Positions 28,540 through 39,014 are shown, counted from the first letter of the stretch. The stretch is DNA of 63,757 bases from Bacteroidia bacterium (GCA_037969175.1 JBBKWX010000055.1:1-63757); one strand, 5' to 3'. Made by a program: numbers and translations. The notes: generated by a model from the sequence alone, not told the origin.

Positions 28540-29526
28540 ATGGATTTAAAAGGCAAAAAATTTCTTGTTATAGGTGGAGCAGGTTTTATAGGCTCTCACA
28601 TTGTTGACCAGCTTCTAAAGGAAGATGTGAAAGAGGTTATTATTTATGATAATTTTTTTCGTGGAAGAATGGATAATCTTACCGAAGCATTAAAAGATCC
28701 GCGTTGCAAAATATTTGAATTAGGTGGAGAGATTCTTCACAGCGATATACTTGAAAAAGCGATGGAAGGGGTAGATGGTGTTTTCCATCTTGCTGCTATG
28801 TGGTTGCTTCATTGTTATGATTATCCGCGTACAGCTTTTGATGTGAATATTCGTGGTACATACAATGTGATTGAATCGGCAGTAAAGCAGAAAGTGGGCA
28901 GGGTAGTTTATTCATCGAGCGCATCTGTGTATGGAAATGCATTGGAACTTCCGATGACTGAAGATCACGCATACAACAATGATACATTTTATGGAGCTAC
29001 CAAGATCGCGGGTGAGCATATGTTCAAGTCGATGGGAGTGAGATACGATCTGCCTTGGGTTGGTTTACGTTACATGAATGTATATGGGCCAAGACAAGAT
29101 TATAAAGGAGCTTACATTGCAGTGATGCATAAGATACTTGACCGTTTGGAGCAAGGTCTGAAACCTATGGTTTTCGGCGATGGTTCACAACAGTATGATT
29201 TCATTTCTGTGGAAGATATAGCAAGAGCAAATATTTGCGCTATGAAATCTGATGCAACGGGTGAATGTTATAATGTAGGTCGTGGAATAGGGACATCTAT
29301 AAAAGATCTGACTGATCTGCTTATCAGATTAAGTGGAATACAATCAGATATTCAATATGAACCGGCCGGATTAACATTTGTAACAAACAGGATTGGCAGT
29401 ATTGAAAAAGCAATGAAAGATATTGATTTCAAATGGTCGATCGATCTAGAAGAAGGGATGCAATCTCTTATAGATTGGAGACGTACACATATCGCAGAAT
29501 TAGAATCTAGAAGAGCAGGAGTATAA
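28540..29526 (+). CDS. Extended SDR, NAD-dependent nucleotide-sugar epimerase/dehydratase
   Basis: GGAGFIG, SSSASVYG, YGATK, RYMNVYGPRQ; substrate not assignable by eye. Confidence 0.85.
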   Translation: MDLKGKKFLVIGGAGFIGSHIVDQLLKEDVKEVIIYDNFFRGRMDNLTEALKDPRCKIFELGGEILHSDILEKAMEGVDGVFHLAAMWLLHCYDYPRTAFDVNIRGTYNVIESAVKQKVGRVVYSSSASVYGNALELPMTEDHAYNNDTFYGATKIAGEHMFKSMGVRYDLPWVGLRYMNVYGPRQDYKGAYIAVMHKILDRLEQGLKPMVFGDGSQQYDFISVEDIARANICAMKSDATGECYNVGRGIGTSIKDLTDLLIRLSGIQSDIQYEPAGLTFVTNRIGSIEKAMKDIDFKWSIDLEEGMQSLIDWRRTHIAELESRRAGV

Positions 29527-29528
29527 TT

Positions 29529-30674
29529 ATGGAAACGATGAAAAGAAATATTCCAATTTCACTTCCAGCATTGGGAGAAGAAGAGTGGATGGCAGTTAAA
29601 GACCCGATCATGAGTGGCTGGGTTACACAAGGACCGAAAGTAAAAGAGTTTGAAACACTTTTTGCGGAGCGTCATGAAGTATCACATGCACTTGCAGTAA
29701 CAAGTGCTACAACTGCATTGCATCTTGCATTGCTATCCGTAGGAGTTGGTCCGGGAGATGAAGTTATTGTGCCTGCATTTACCTGGGTAGCCACTGCAAA
29801 TGCTGTTTTATATTGCGGAGCAACTCCGGTATTTGTTGATATCGATCCCTTAACTTTTAATATCGATCCTAAAGATCTTCCTCGTCGTATCACGGAAAAA
29901 ACCAAAGCAATAATTCCTGTTCATCTTTTTGGATTATGTGCGGATATGGATGCGATCAAAAAACTTGCACCCGGAATATTTTTAATAGAAGACGGTGCTT
30001 GCGCTGCAGGCGCTGCATATATGGGAACACCTGCCGGAGCACTTGGTGATCTGGGTTGTTTTTCTTTTCATCCAAGAAAATCTGTTACTACCGGTGAAGG
30101 TGGAATGATCACAACTCAAGATGAAGAATTGGCACGCACTATTGATATGCTACGCAATCATGGTGCATCTGTTTCTGAGGAACAGCGTCACCATGGACCA
30201 CGTCCATATATTCTACCGGATTTCAATGTGATGGGATTTAATTATCGCATGACGGATCTGCAGGGTGCTGTAGGTGTCGTTCAAATCAAGAAGCTGGATA
30301 AGTTCATTGACGAGCGTCATGAATGGGCTAAGTATTATACCCGTGAACTTGCCGGTATTGATTGGCTCAGAACACCGATTGTGCCTGAAGGATACAAACA
30401 TGGCTGGCAGAGTTATGTAACATTTGTAGATGAGGAAAAAGCACCTTGTTCCAGAAATGAAATTATGGAAAGATTGCAACAAGAAGGTATCAGTACGCGT
30501 CCCGGAACCCACGCTGTTCACATGCTTGGCTTCTATGCACAAAATTATAATTTGCAACCTCAGGATTTTCCGGGAGCATATGCAGCAAATGAATTCTCAA
30601 TGGCAATACCGCTTCACAACCGTATGGTTGCTGAAGATTTTGAATATGTAGTAAAAGCATTGAAGTCTTTATAA
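29529..30674 (+). CDS. DegT/DnrJ/EryC1/StrS PLP-dependent sugar aminotransferase
   Basis: SATTALHL, VPAFTW.AT, PVHLFG, IEDGAC, FSFHPRK.VTTGEGG, GFNYRMTD. Confidence 0.93.
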   Translation: METMKRNIPISLPALGEEEWMAVKDPIMSGWVTQGPKVKEFETLFAERHEVSHALAVTSATTALHLALLSVGVGPGDEVIVPAFTWVATANAVLYCGATPVFVDIDPLTFNIDPKDLPRRITEKTKAIIPVHLFGLCADMDAIKKLAPGIFLIEDGACAAGAAYMGTPAGALGDLGCFSFHPRKSVTTGEGGMITTQDEELARTIDMLRNHGASVSEEQRHHGPRPYILPDFNVMGFNYRMTDLQGAVGVVQIKKLDKFIDERHEWAKYYTRELAGIDWLRTPIVPEGYKHGWQSYVTFVDEEKAPCSRNEIMERLQQEGISTRPGTHAVHMLGFYAQNYNLQPQDFPGAYAANEFSMAIPLHNRMVAEDFEYVVKALKSL

Positions 30675-30675
30675 T

Positions 30676-32565
30676 ATGTGTGGAATAGCCGGGGTATTTA
30701 ATCTGAATGGAGATCCAGTTTCATACCGTCTTGTGGCGGATATGAGTGAAGCGTTAGCACACAGAGGCCCGGATGGAGAAGGTGTTTATACTGAAGAAAA
30801 TATTGGACTTGGTCATAGGAGACTTTCAATTTTAGATGTATCTCCTAAAGGTGCTCAACCCATGTCATCCAAGGATGGTGATTGGGTGGTGGTATTCAAT
30901 GGATGCATCTATAATTTCAGCAGGTTAAAATTGGAATTACAAGCAAAAGGGCATCAGTTTGTTTCAACTTCTGATACCGAAGTTCTTGTAGAAGGTTTGG
31001 CTGAATATGGGATTTCTTTTTTTGAACGACTTGATGGAATGTTTGCGGTTGGAGCCTGGCACAAACCTACCAAGACCTTGTATCTGAGTCGTGACCGATA
31101 CGGGGTCAAGCCTTTATATTATTGGTTCAATGGCAAGAGTCTTTGTTTTGCTTCAGAGATAAAAGCATTTATGAAGCATCCTGCTTTTCGTGTTGAGTTG
31201 AATCCTGAAGCATTGAATGAATATTTTACATTCCAAAACTTATTTAAATATCATACACTTTTCAAAGGTGTACATATGTTGCCTCCGGCGAATACGGTAA
31301 AGATCGATTCAAGCATCAGTTTTGTAAAACATAACAGTTGGTGGGATTATGATTTTTCCAAACCGGATGAAAGCATGAGTTTTGAAGATGCTAAGATCGG
31401 TACTGAAAAATTATTGATCAATGCAGTAGCTAAGCAAATGGTTGCTGATGTTCCGGTTGGTTCCTACTTAAGTGGCGGTATGGATTCAGGTTCTATTACT
31501 TCTTTGGCCAGCCGACATGTTAAAAGATTATCCACGTTTACTGCAGGTTTTGAACTAAGTGAAGTGCATGGTCCGGAAGCAAATTTTGATGAAAGGGTGG
31601 ATGCAGAGATGATGGCAAATCATTTCAAAACTGAACATTACGAGCAGGTAATTAACGCCGGTGATTTAAGCTGGTCGCTTCCCAGAGTTGTTTGGCATCT
31701 TGAAGATCTGAGAGTGGGGATGAGTTATCCCAATTATTATATAAGCAGACTTGCGAGCAAATTTGTAAAAGTATGCTTGCAAGGAACCGGCGGAGATGAG
31801 TTGTATGGCGGATATCCCTGGAGATATTACAGAGTGCATAAATCGCTGGATCAAAAAGAATTTTTTAGTAATTACTATGGGTTCTGGCAGCGCCTTGTTC
31901 CCGATAGTGACAAATCGAAATTATTCAGACCCTCGATGTTGAGTCAAATGGAATTGACTGCTCCGCGACAAGCTTTTGAGAATGTATTTAATTTCAATAA
32001 AAATTTGAAATACGATTCTCCCGAAGATCATATTCAGAACAGTCTATACTTTGAAATAAAAACCTTCCTTCCGGGATTACTGATAGTTGGAGATAAGCTG
32101 AGTATGGCGAATGGATTAGAAGAACGGTTTCCTTTCCTTGATAATGATCTTGTTGATTTTGCACAGAAAATTCCGATACGGCACAAGCTTGCCAATCTCG
32201 AGAATATGAAACGGATCGATGAGAATGAAGTGGGAAGAAATAAATTGTATTATCAGGAATTTGATGACGGAAAGAATGTGCTGAGAAAAGCTATGGCTGA
32301 CTTGCTGCCAGATAAGATAATTAACAGAAAAAAACAGGGATTCAGTGCGCCTGACGAAAGTTGGTATCGGGGTGAAAATGCTCGCTATATCAAAGAGTTA
32401 TTGCTGAATAAAAATGCCGCTTATCCAGAGTTTATTGACCCGGACTACGTAAAAAAAATAATTGATGAGCATATCAATCAGCATATAAATCACAGACTTT
32501 TATTGTGGTCTTTGATGAATTTTGAATGGTGGTGTAAAATTTTCCTGAATAACGAAAAGATCTAG
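30676..32565 (+). CDS. asnB: Asparagine synthase (glutamine-hydrolysing)-like amidotransferase, probably uronamide-forming
   Basis: N-terminal MCGIAG (Ntn Cys), HRGPDG, GHRRLSI.D, YLSGG.DS, G.GGDE..GGY, E.RFPFLD; lies within a glycan locus. Confidence 0.9.
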   Translation: MCGIAGVFNLNGDPVSYRLVADMSEALAHRGPDGEGVYTEENIGLGHRRLSILDVSPKGAQPMSSKDGDWVVVFNGCIYNFSRLKLELQAKGHQFVSTSDTEVLVEGLAEYGISFFERLDGMFAVGAWHKPTKTLYLSRDRYGVKPLYYWFNGKSLCFASEIKAFMKHPAFRVELNPEALNEYFTFQNLFKYHTLFKGVHMLPPANTVKIDSSISFVKHNSWWDYDFSKPDESMSFEDAKIGTEKLLINAVAKQMVADVPVGSYLSGGMDSGSITSLASRHVKRLSTFTAGFELSEVHGPEANFDERVDAEMMANHFKTEHYEQVINAGDLSWSLPRVVWHLEDLRVGMSYPNYYISRLASKFVKVCLQGTGGDELYGGYPWRYYRVHKSLDQKEFFSNYYGFWQRLVPDSDKSKLFRPSMLSQMELTAPRQAFENVFNFNKNLKYDSPEDHIQNSLYFEIKTFLPGLLIVGDKLSMANGLEERFPFLDNDLVDFAQKIPIRHKLANLENMKRIDENEVGRNKLYYQEFDDGKNVLRKAMADLLPDKIINRKKQGFSAPDESWYRGENARYIKELLLNKNAAYPEFIDPDYVKKIIDEHINQHINHRLLLWSLMNFEWWCKIFLNNEKI

Positions 32566-32566
32566 A

Positions 32567-33451
32567 ATGAAAGTCCTCTTTACAGGTGCCAGCAAGTTTG
32601 GATTCCGCTGTCTGAAAGAGATTGTGGGACTTGATGGTATTGAGGTCTGTGGGGTTTTAACTAACCCAAAAACATTCAACATATCTTATAATAAAGCAGG
32701 AGTCAATAATGTACTCCATGCTGATGTGCAGACATTTGCTGAAGAAGCAGGTATTCCATCATACTGCATGGAAAACAATATGAAGGAGGAGGGCTTGCTG
32801 CAATTTATTGATAAAATACAACCTGATTTTGCAGTTGTAGCCGGATGGTATCATATGGTCCCTGCTACATTGTTGGAAAAATTCCCCTGGTCAGGATTGC
32901 ACGCATCTTTGCTGCCTGATTACAGTGGAGGAGCTCCATTGGTATGGGCAATTATAAATGGAGAACAGCAAACGGGCATTTCCTTTTTTCTGATGGATAA
33001 AGGCGTTGATAATGGAGATATAATTGGCCAGGCAGAAACAGAAATTGTATGGGAAGATACCATCTCGACAGTTTACGAACGCATAGAACTTTTAGGTGTG
33101 GAGCTCTTGGAGAAACACCTTCCAGATATTGCTTCCGGCACTGCAAAATATATAAAGCAAGATGAAAGTTTGCGTCGCGTTTTTCCACAACGATCGGAAC
33201 CTGATGGTTTGATAAACTGGAAGCTTGATGCGTATGATATCTATAATTTCGTAAGAGCACAAACAAGACCTTACCCGGGAGCTTTTACATTTATCGGAGA
33301 CCACAAAATGAGAGTGTGGGCCGGAGAGATTGTCGATGAAGATATGAATGTACCCAAAGGTTCTTTTTTTAAAAATGAATTCGGATATGGTTTTATCACC
33401 GGAGATAAAAAATGGTTTCGTATCATAGATTCTGAAATGGTAGATAAATAA
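32567..33451 (+). CDS. Sugar N-formyltransferase (Fmt-like fold)
   Basis: GLHASLLP.YSGGAPLVWAIING, D.GDII, VRAQTRPYPGAF; lacks the tRNA-Fmt context. Confidence 0.85.
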   Translation: MKVLFTGASKFGFRCLKEIVGLDGIEVCGVLTNPKTFNISYNKAGVNNVLHADVQTFAEEAGIPSYCMENNMKEEGLLQFIDKIQPDFAVVAGWYHMVPATLLEKFPWSGLHASLLPDYSGGAPLVWAIINGEQQTGISFFLMDKGVDNGDIIGQAETEIVWEDTISTVYERIELLGVELLEKHLPDIASGTAKYIKQDESLRRVFPQRSEPDGLINWKLDAYDIYNFVRAQTRPYPGAFTFIGDHKMRVWAGEIVDEDMNVPKGSFFKNEFGYGFITGDKKWFRIIDSEMVDK

Positions 33452-34179
33452 TGAAATTTAAATTTGGGAAAATATCAGAGATCAATATTCATGATGAAAG
33501 CTCATGGAGAGATAAGTTCTTTATCACAATTGATATTGATTGGGCACCTGATCATGTTATTCAATATGCACATAAACTACTAGCCGACGCAGGTGTGGTT
33601 TCTACCTGGTTTGTGACTCATGAAACTGAGATGTTGAATCAATTGAAACAAGACCCATTGATAGATCTGGGTTTGCATCCAAACTTCAACCCATTGCTCA
33701 TGCAAGGAAAGGATACTAAAGGTAAGGATGCAGAAACCGTTATAAGAAATATCCAGCATCTTGTTCCGGAAACTAAGTTGATACGTAGTCATTCACTGAC
33801 TCAGAGCTCTACGCTTTTGAACTTATTTGCAGATGGGGGTTTCAGTCATGAATGTAATATGTACCTTCCCCTTAATTCCGGGATAGAAGCAAAACCATTT
33901 TCTCATTCAGAGGGCATGTTACGTTGCCCTCATATCTGGGAGGATGATCTGTCTTTGTTCGATGAGTATGGATTTGAACAAGTATTTACAAAACTTGTTG
34001 ATGCTAAAGGATTAAAAATACTTGGTTTTCATCCTATCCATATTTATTTGAATACGGATAAGTTGGAAAGATATGAGAGTGTGAAAATGATGATGGAGGA
34101 TGAAGCAAAACTGAAGAATAGCAGAAATTCCGAAGCAAAAGGAATTGAAGATTTTATCAAATTATTTTTTAATAATTAG
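33451..34179 (+). CDS. WbmS-like polysaccharide deacetylase/deformylase
   Basis: TIDIDWAPD, TWFVTH, GLHPNF, RSHSL, FHPIHIYLN motifs; start overlaps the formyltransferase stop. Confidence 0.75.
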   Translation: MKFKFGKISEINIHDESSWRDKFFITIDIDWAPDHVIQYAHKLLADAGVVSTWFVTHETEMLNQLKQDPLIDLGLHPNFNPLLMQGKDTKGKDAETVIRNIQHLVPETKLIRSHSLTQSSTLLNLFADGGFSHECNMYLPLNSGIEAKPFSHSEGMLRCPHIWEDDLSLFDEYGFEQVFTKLVDAKGLKILGFHPIHIYLNTDKLERYESVKMMMEDEAKLKNSRNSEAKGIEDFIKLFFNN

Positions 34180-34193
34180 AATAATTTTAGCGA

Positions 34194-35081
34194 GTGAAAG
34201 TCAGCATAAATAGGATAGCAACAAGCCTTGGTATTGAAAAGGAATATACGGGGGAATTCGCTTTGCTTGGATTGGTGAATTCAAATACACCGGGGACTCT
34301 CACATATATTGATACTGAAAAATTTATCCCTCAATTACTTTCAAATGAAAACATTACAGGAGTAATTGCAACTAAAGAAATCGCTTCAAAAATAACAAAT
34401 GAAACTATCCTGGTTTTTGTTGTTGATGAACCGAGATATCATTTTTTTACCATTTATAATGCCCTTGCTCAAGAGAATTATAAGCACTTTGATAGTATCA
34501 TTTCTCCCTCAGCTAAGATTCACCCCAGAGCATATGTCTCTGCTAATAATGTGATAATTGGGGATAATGTTATTGTAGGTGCTAACGCAAGTATACTTGC
34601 CGATGTTGAAATTGGAAATGATTGTATTATCCGGGAGGGAGCTGTTCTGGGCAGTGATTATTACGAATTCAAAAAAACATCGAAAGGGATTTTGTCCGTT
34701 ATCCATGATGGGAAATTATTAATGGGTGAGAAAGTATATGTTGGAAACAACGCTACAATTTACAAAGGTTTTGCTTTTAAGGATACTAAGATCGGAGACG
34801 AAACCAAAATTGAGAATCTGGTAGAAATAGCGCATGGAACATGGATAGGAAAGCGTTGCTTTCTAATCGGGCATGCTATGGTATGTGGGAGTTGCGAGAT
34901 CGGTGATGATGTATGGATAGGTCCCGGGGCTATAATCTTAAATCAGGTTAATATTGGAAACAGAGCTGTTGTCTCTATAGGATCTGTTGTAACTAAGCAT
35001 GTAAAGGATGATCAAAGAGTGACCGGGAATTTTGCAATTGATCACCAGAAATTCCTTGATAATTTGAAAAAGAAATTATGA
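34194..35081 (+). CDS. LpxD-like hexapeptide-repeat acyltransferase
   Basis: N-terminal LpxD-type domain then left-handed beta-helix (ISPSAKIHP, IGDNVIVG, IGDETKIENLVEIAHG, IGDDVWIG). Confidence 0.8.
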   Translation: MKVSINRIATSLGIEKEYTGEFALLGLVNSNTPGTLTYIDTEKFIPQLLSNENITGVIATKEIASKITNETILVFVVDEPRYHFFTIYNALAQENYKHFDSIISPSAKIHPRAYVSANNVIIGDNVIVGANASILADVEIGNDCIIREGAVLGSDYYEFKKTSKGILSVIHDGKLLMGEKVYVGNNATIYKGFAFKDTKIGDETKIENLVEIAHGTWIGKRCFLIGHAMVCGSCEIGDDVWIGPGAIILNQVNIGNRAVVSIGSVVTKHVKDDQRVTGNFAIDHQKFLDNLKKKL

Positions 35082-35121
35082 ATTCCCGGCACAGAAATTT
35101 TTATAGATTAATTAAAGATAT

Positions 35122-36693
35122 ATGCCATTGGATATAATAATGGAGTTGGTATTATTGTTTGGATTCAATTTCATTCTTCGAATCATATTTTCCATTTCAA
35201 AATCAAATGATGAATATATTCATTTGTGGGTGATCGATCGTTTGGCGAATAAAGGATACTCTTATCAAGTAAACAATGCTGTTCACGGGGACCATTTAGG
35301 ATACCCATCTTTGGCACATTATATTATCAGCAGATTTAAACGCAAGAATTGGATACTGGCAGGCTCAATTCTAAATGCAATTTACGATTGTATTGCTGTT
35401 TTATTAATTTATGTTTTTGGAATTCTGCTCCTGCATTCAGGCTATCTTAATGGAATTGATCCTGATTTGAATTTGCCATTTTATGCAGCATTGATCTTCG
35501 GTACAAGCCCAATCCTTTTCCCCATAACAGCCAGGTTGAAGACCTTTGGTGGCAGGACTTTCGGTGGATTATTCTCGCTTTTGTATTATGCATCTATGTT
35601 CCTTGCTTTGCAAGAACCACTGAGTATATTCAGTGTGATGACAGCATTATTTGCATTTATCATCATTATTAGTTCAGTTTTCACAACACAAAGTATTGTT
35701 ATCATCACTGTATTTATAAGTGCGTGCTATCTGAGTATTATTCCAATTGTTTTAATGCTGGCAGGATTTTTAATCGGAATGCTGTTCCCGGTATTCAATG
35801 TGAAACAACTTGTCACATTCAAGTTTAAACACATGGATTGGTACAAAAGAAATAAGGCAGGAACAAAAGCGAATGACAGGAATATCTTGAAAGAATATTT
35901 TTTACTGCCTGTTTATTTATTTACTAAGCCTAAGAAATCACTCAATTTAATTTTCAATAAATTAACATTGGTAATAGCAATTTATTCTATTCCTGTATTG
36001 GTGTTAGTTTCGTTTTTTTTTATAATTAGGCAGGAAGTATTTATAGAATATCTAACTGATCCTCTTTTAAAATTTCTGATAATAGTGACAGGTGGTGGAG
36101 TATTTGCATTCGGGCTTATTTCCTTAAAACGTTTTAGTCATTGGGGGCAGGCAGAGCGCTACCTTGAATATATTGCTCCAACAGTAAGCTTGTTATTATT
36201 GATCCTGATCGGGTACTATCAGTTATCCCAAATCTGGCTTTTACCGCTAGTTTTGATACAGATCACCACAATTTTAGTTTTGTATTTGTTCATTCAACAG
36301 AATGAATTTAGAAAGAACATTAAATTGCATGACCGCACTTCCAAAGAAGTATTGAGTTGGATCAATAATGCTCGCGTTGACACAAAAATTCTGACTATCC
36401 CACTTAAGAATAGTTATTCACTATCATGCCTTGCCGCAAATGAGAATGTAAAGTATTATTATAATTTTCTTTGCAGCAAAGATGAAGGTATGGAGTATAT
36501 GGAACGAGATTCCATAGTTTATAATACTCCTGTAAAGGATCTTTCACATTTCAATAAAATCTATGGCATCAATACATTGATCGTTGAGAAAAAGTGGACC
36601 CATGACGGGATTTATAATGGAGTAGAATATGATCTCAAATCTCTTGAAGTTCTTCTTGAAGCGGATGATTATATAATTTATAGGCTGGGTTGA
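35122..36693 (+). CDS. Polytopic membrane protein, possible GT-C-fold glycosyltransferase
   Basis: About 11-12 hydrophobic segments, acidic DE in the first loop (SNDEYIH), GYPSLAH motif, soluble C-terminal domain. Confidence 0.5.
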   Translation: MPLDIIMELVLLFGFNFILRIIFSISKSNDEYIHLWVIDRLANKGYSYQVNNAVHGDHLGYPSLAHYIISRFKRKNWILAGSILNAIYDCIAVLLIYVFGILLLHSGYLNGIDPDLNLPFYAALIFGTSPILFPITARLKTFGGRTFGGLFSLLYYASMFLALQEPLSIFSVMTALFAFIIIISSVFTTQSIVIITVFISACYLSIIPIVLMLAGFLIGMLFPVFNVKQLVTFKFKHMDWYKRNKAGTKANDRNILKEYFLLPVYLFTKPKKSLNLIFNKLTLVIAIYSIPVLVLVSFFFIIRQEVFIEYLTDPLLKFLIIVTGGGVFAFGLISLKRFSHWGQAERYLEYIAPTVSLLLLILIGYYQLSQIWLLPLVLIQITTILVLYLFIQQNEFRKNIKLHDRTSKEVLSWINNARVDTKILTIPLKNSYSLSCLAANENVKYYYNFLCSKDEGMEYMERDSIVYNTPVKDLSHFNKIYGINTLIVEKKWTHDGIYNGVEYDLKSLEVLLEADDYIIYRLG

Positions 36694-36703
36694 TAGATTA
36701 GGC

Positions 36704-38179
36704 ATGGCTTACAAAGAATTCAAAACGTTAGGTAAGGATATTCTCATATATGGGGTCATGGGTGTTGTGGCTCGAAGTGTAGGGCTATTGTTACTGCCTA
36801 TTTTTACACGCATCTTCTCAGTTGCTGAATATGGAACTGTAGATATCCTGGCTACGTTTTCAAGTTTGCTTGCAATGGCAATCAATCTCAGCTTGCCAAG
36901 TGCATTAGCGAGATATTATTTTATTAAGGAATATAAGCCGGCCGTTTTATTTAGCACACTATTAAGCGTTATTGCATTATTGAGTGGAGTGTTTTTTCTA
37001 ATTGTATGGGTCTTTGCAGATCCGATTTCATTATTTATTTCCGGTGAAGAAGATGTTTCACTTTATCTTTTACTTGCTGCATTGGCTGCATGCTTTCAGG
37101 GATTGAACAGATTCAGTGATGTGATGTTAAGAATGCAGAAAAGAATTGTTGCTTTCAATAGTTTGAAAATTGGAATAACACTTTTTACTGCGGCACTTTC
37201 ATTGATTGCTGTACTGGTTTTAAATTTAGGCGTTCTTGGAGTTTTCCTTGCCGGAGCCATTGGAGCATTTGCAGATCTGGTAATAGGAATCTGGATGAAT
37301 AGAAATTACCTTACCACCAAATTATCCTTAACTGTTCTTAAATTATCTTATAGATTCTCCATTCCTATGTTTCCCGCTGTTTTTGTGACATGGGCTAATG
37401 CACAAACAAGCAGAGTATTATTGCTGACAACTCTAGGGCTAGGAGGAGTGGGTGTTTTTGGTGCGGGAGCAAAAGTAGCCAGTATAGTTTTGCTTTTCAT
37501 CACTGTCTTTCAACAAGCCTGGACTCCTTTTGCAATGGAAATGTTGGAAAAAGCAAACCGAAATTTAGTCTATGAGAAATCAATGAAATATTATTCAGGT
37601 GTTTTTGCATGGATGGGTTTGGTCTTAACCTGTTTTGCTCCTGAAATTATTCGAGTTGTAGCACCTTCAGAATATTTTGAAGCATACACAGTAATTCCCT
37701 GGCTGGTTGGTGCAACGTTTATCCATGGTACCGCTCAGCTTACAAATTTAGGTTCTATCGTTTCCGAGAAAACAGGAATAAATTCAATTGCTGCCTGGTT
37801 GGGTTTTTTAGTGAATTTGAGTTTGTCCTGGTTATTGATCTCGAGATATGGAATTATGGGAGCAGCAGTAGGATCTTTTATTGCTGAAATAATTTTCTCC
37901 GGATTATTATGGAGAAACACGATCAAACAAAGTGATATAAAGTTTGAATCCGGATCGATCTTGAAAATGCTATTTTTATATATTGTAATCAGTTGTGTCA
38001 CACTGTTTATCGTGCATCAGTTTTTAAGTGCTCCATTGATTTCCATAACAGCAAGAATTTTTATTGCTATCATATCCACCTTCTTCTTTTACAATTTGAC
38101 TATCGATCCAATGGCGAAGGCCGGTATGACGAAAGCTATTGTAAGTTTCAAAGGCAAATTGAATCGTCGCAAGCACTAA
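36704..38179 (+). CDS. wzx: Wzx oligosaccharide flippase
   Basis: K..LIYG...V.RSVGLLLLPIFTRIFS.AEYG..D, RFSIPMFP, many TM helices (MOP family). Confidence 0.88.
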   Translation: MAYKEFKTLGKDILIYGVMGVVARSVGLLLLPIFTRIFSVAEYGTVDILATFSSLLAMAINLSLPSALARYYFIKEYKPAVLFSTLLSVIALLSGVFFLIVWVFADPISLFISGEEDVSLYLLLAALAACFQGLNRFSDVMLRMQKRIVAFNSLKIGITLFTAALSLIAVLVLNLGVLGVFLAGAIGAFADLVIGIWMNRNYLTTKLSLTVLKLSYRFSIPMFPAVFVTWANAQTSRVLLLTTLGLGGVGVFGAGAKVASIVLLFITVFQQAWTPFAMEMLEKANRNLVYEKSMKYYSGVFAWMGLVLTCFAPEIIRVVAPSEYFEAYTVIPWLVGATFIHGTAQLTNLGSIVSEKTGINSIAAWLGFLVNLSLSWLLISRYGIMGAAVGSFIAEIIFSGLLWRNTIKQSDIKFESGSILKMLFLYIVISCVTLFIVHQFLSAPLISITARIFIAIISTFFFYNLTIDPMAKAGMTKAIVSFKGKLNRRKH

Positions 38180-39000
38180 TGAATCCAAATTTTATAATAG
38201 CCGGAACACAAAAAGGAGGAACCACTTCTCTTCAGTATTATCTGGATGAGCATCCGGCTTTATGTATGTCTGAGAAAAAGGAAATTCATTTTTTTGATCT
38301 CAATTTTGATAAAACGATTGACTGGTATTTAAAGCATTTTGAAAATTGCAATGAAAACATGATTGCAGGTGAAGCTACTCCATACTATATGTTTCATCCT
38401 GAAGTAGCAAAAAGGATCTATCAAACTTTACCTGGAGTTAAAATAATTTTTGTGCTTCGTGATCCCACGCAAAGAGCGTGGTCGCATTACTGGCATGAAG
38501 TAGTGAAAGGTCGGGAGACACTGAGTTTTGAAAGAGCTCTTGAATTGGAAGAGCAAAGAATTAATTCTGACCCCGCTGCGCATCAGTATAAGTCCTACCG
38601 CAGTAGAGGAGAATATTCAAGACAGATCCAACCATTTATGGAATTATTTGGTAAGGATCAGATTTTGATTCTTTTGAGTGAAGAACTTCGATCCGCTCCT
38701 GAATCAAACCTGAAAAGAATTTTTGAATTTTTGAATGTTGACCCTGATTTTAAATGCAACCGTATTTATGAGAAAGTACGTTATGAAGGACGAGTGCCAA
38801 GAAATAAAAGTCTGAATGCATTGATACAAAATGGATTACTAAGGAATATCCCATTTCTTAAAGGAATCAATAATATCCTTAATTTTGCATCCCGTTCAGA
38901 GCAAATGAACCCGGAGACGAAAAGTGTTCTTGATTCTTATTATCAACCATTTAATAAAGAACTTGCACAACTTCTAAACCGACAATCACTCTGGGCATAG
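38179..39000 (+). CDS. PAPS-dependent sulfotransferase (Sulfotransfer_1 type, HS3ST/NDST-like motifs)
   Basis: 5'PSB loop IIAGTQKGGTTSL, KEIHFFD, GEATP.Y, 3'PB LRDPTQRAWSHY; ATG overlaps the wzx stop. Confidence 0.88.
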   Translation: MNPNFIIAGTQKGGTTSLQYYLDEHPALCMSEKKEIHFFDLNFDKTIDWYLKHFENCNENMIAGEATPYYMFHPEVAKRIYQTLPGVKIIFVLRDPTQRAWSHYWHEVVKGRETLSFERALELEEQRINSDPAAHQYKSYRSRGEYSRQIQPFMELFGKDQILILLSEELRSAPESNLKRIFEFLNVDPDFKCNRIYEKVRYEGRVPRNKSLNALIQNGLLRNIPFLKGINNILNFASRSEQMNPETKSVLDSYYQPFNKELAQLLNRQSLWA

Positions 39001-39014
39001 ATTATACATTCCCA

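Noticed and set aside
30676-32565. AsnB as housekeeping asparagine synthetase
   Set aside because: Translationally coupled within nucleotide-sugar genes; a glycan amidotransferase role fits better, so the symbol denotes family only.
32567-33451. Methionyl-tRNA formyltransferase (fmt)
   Set aside because: Context and divergent N-terminus indicate a sugar formyltransferase.
36013-36021. T9 tract in the GT-C-like gene (also T8 tracts at 41185-41192 and 41318-41325 in the wzy-like gene) as phase-variation sites
   Set aside because: Short, in frame, and expected in Phe-rich membrane genes of an AT-rich genome; no read data.
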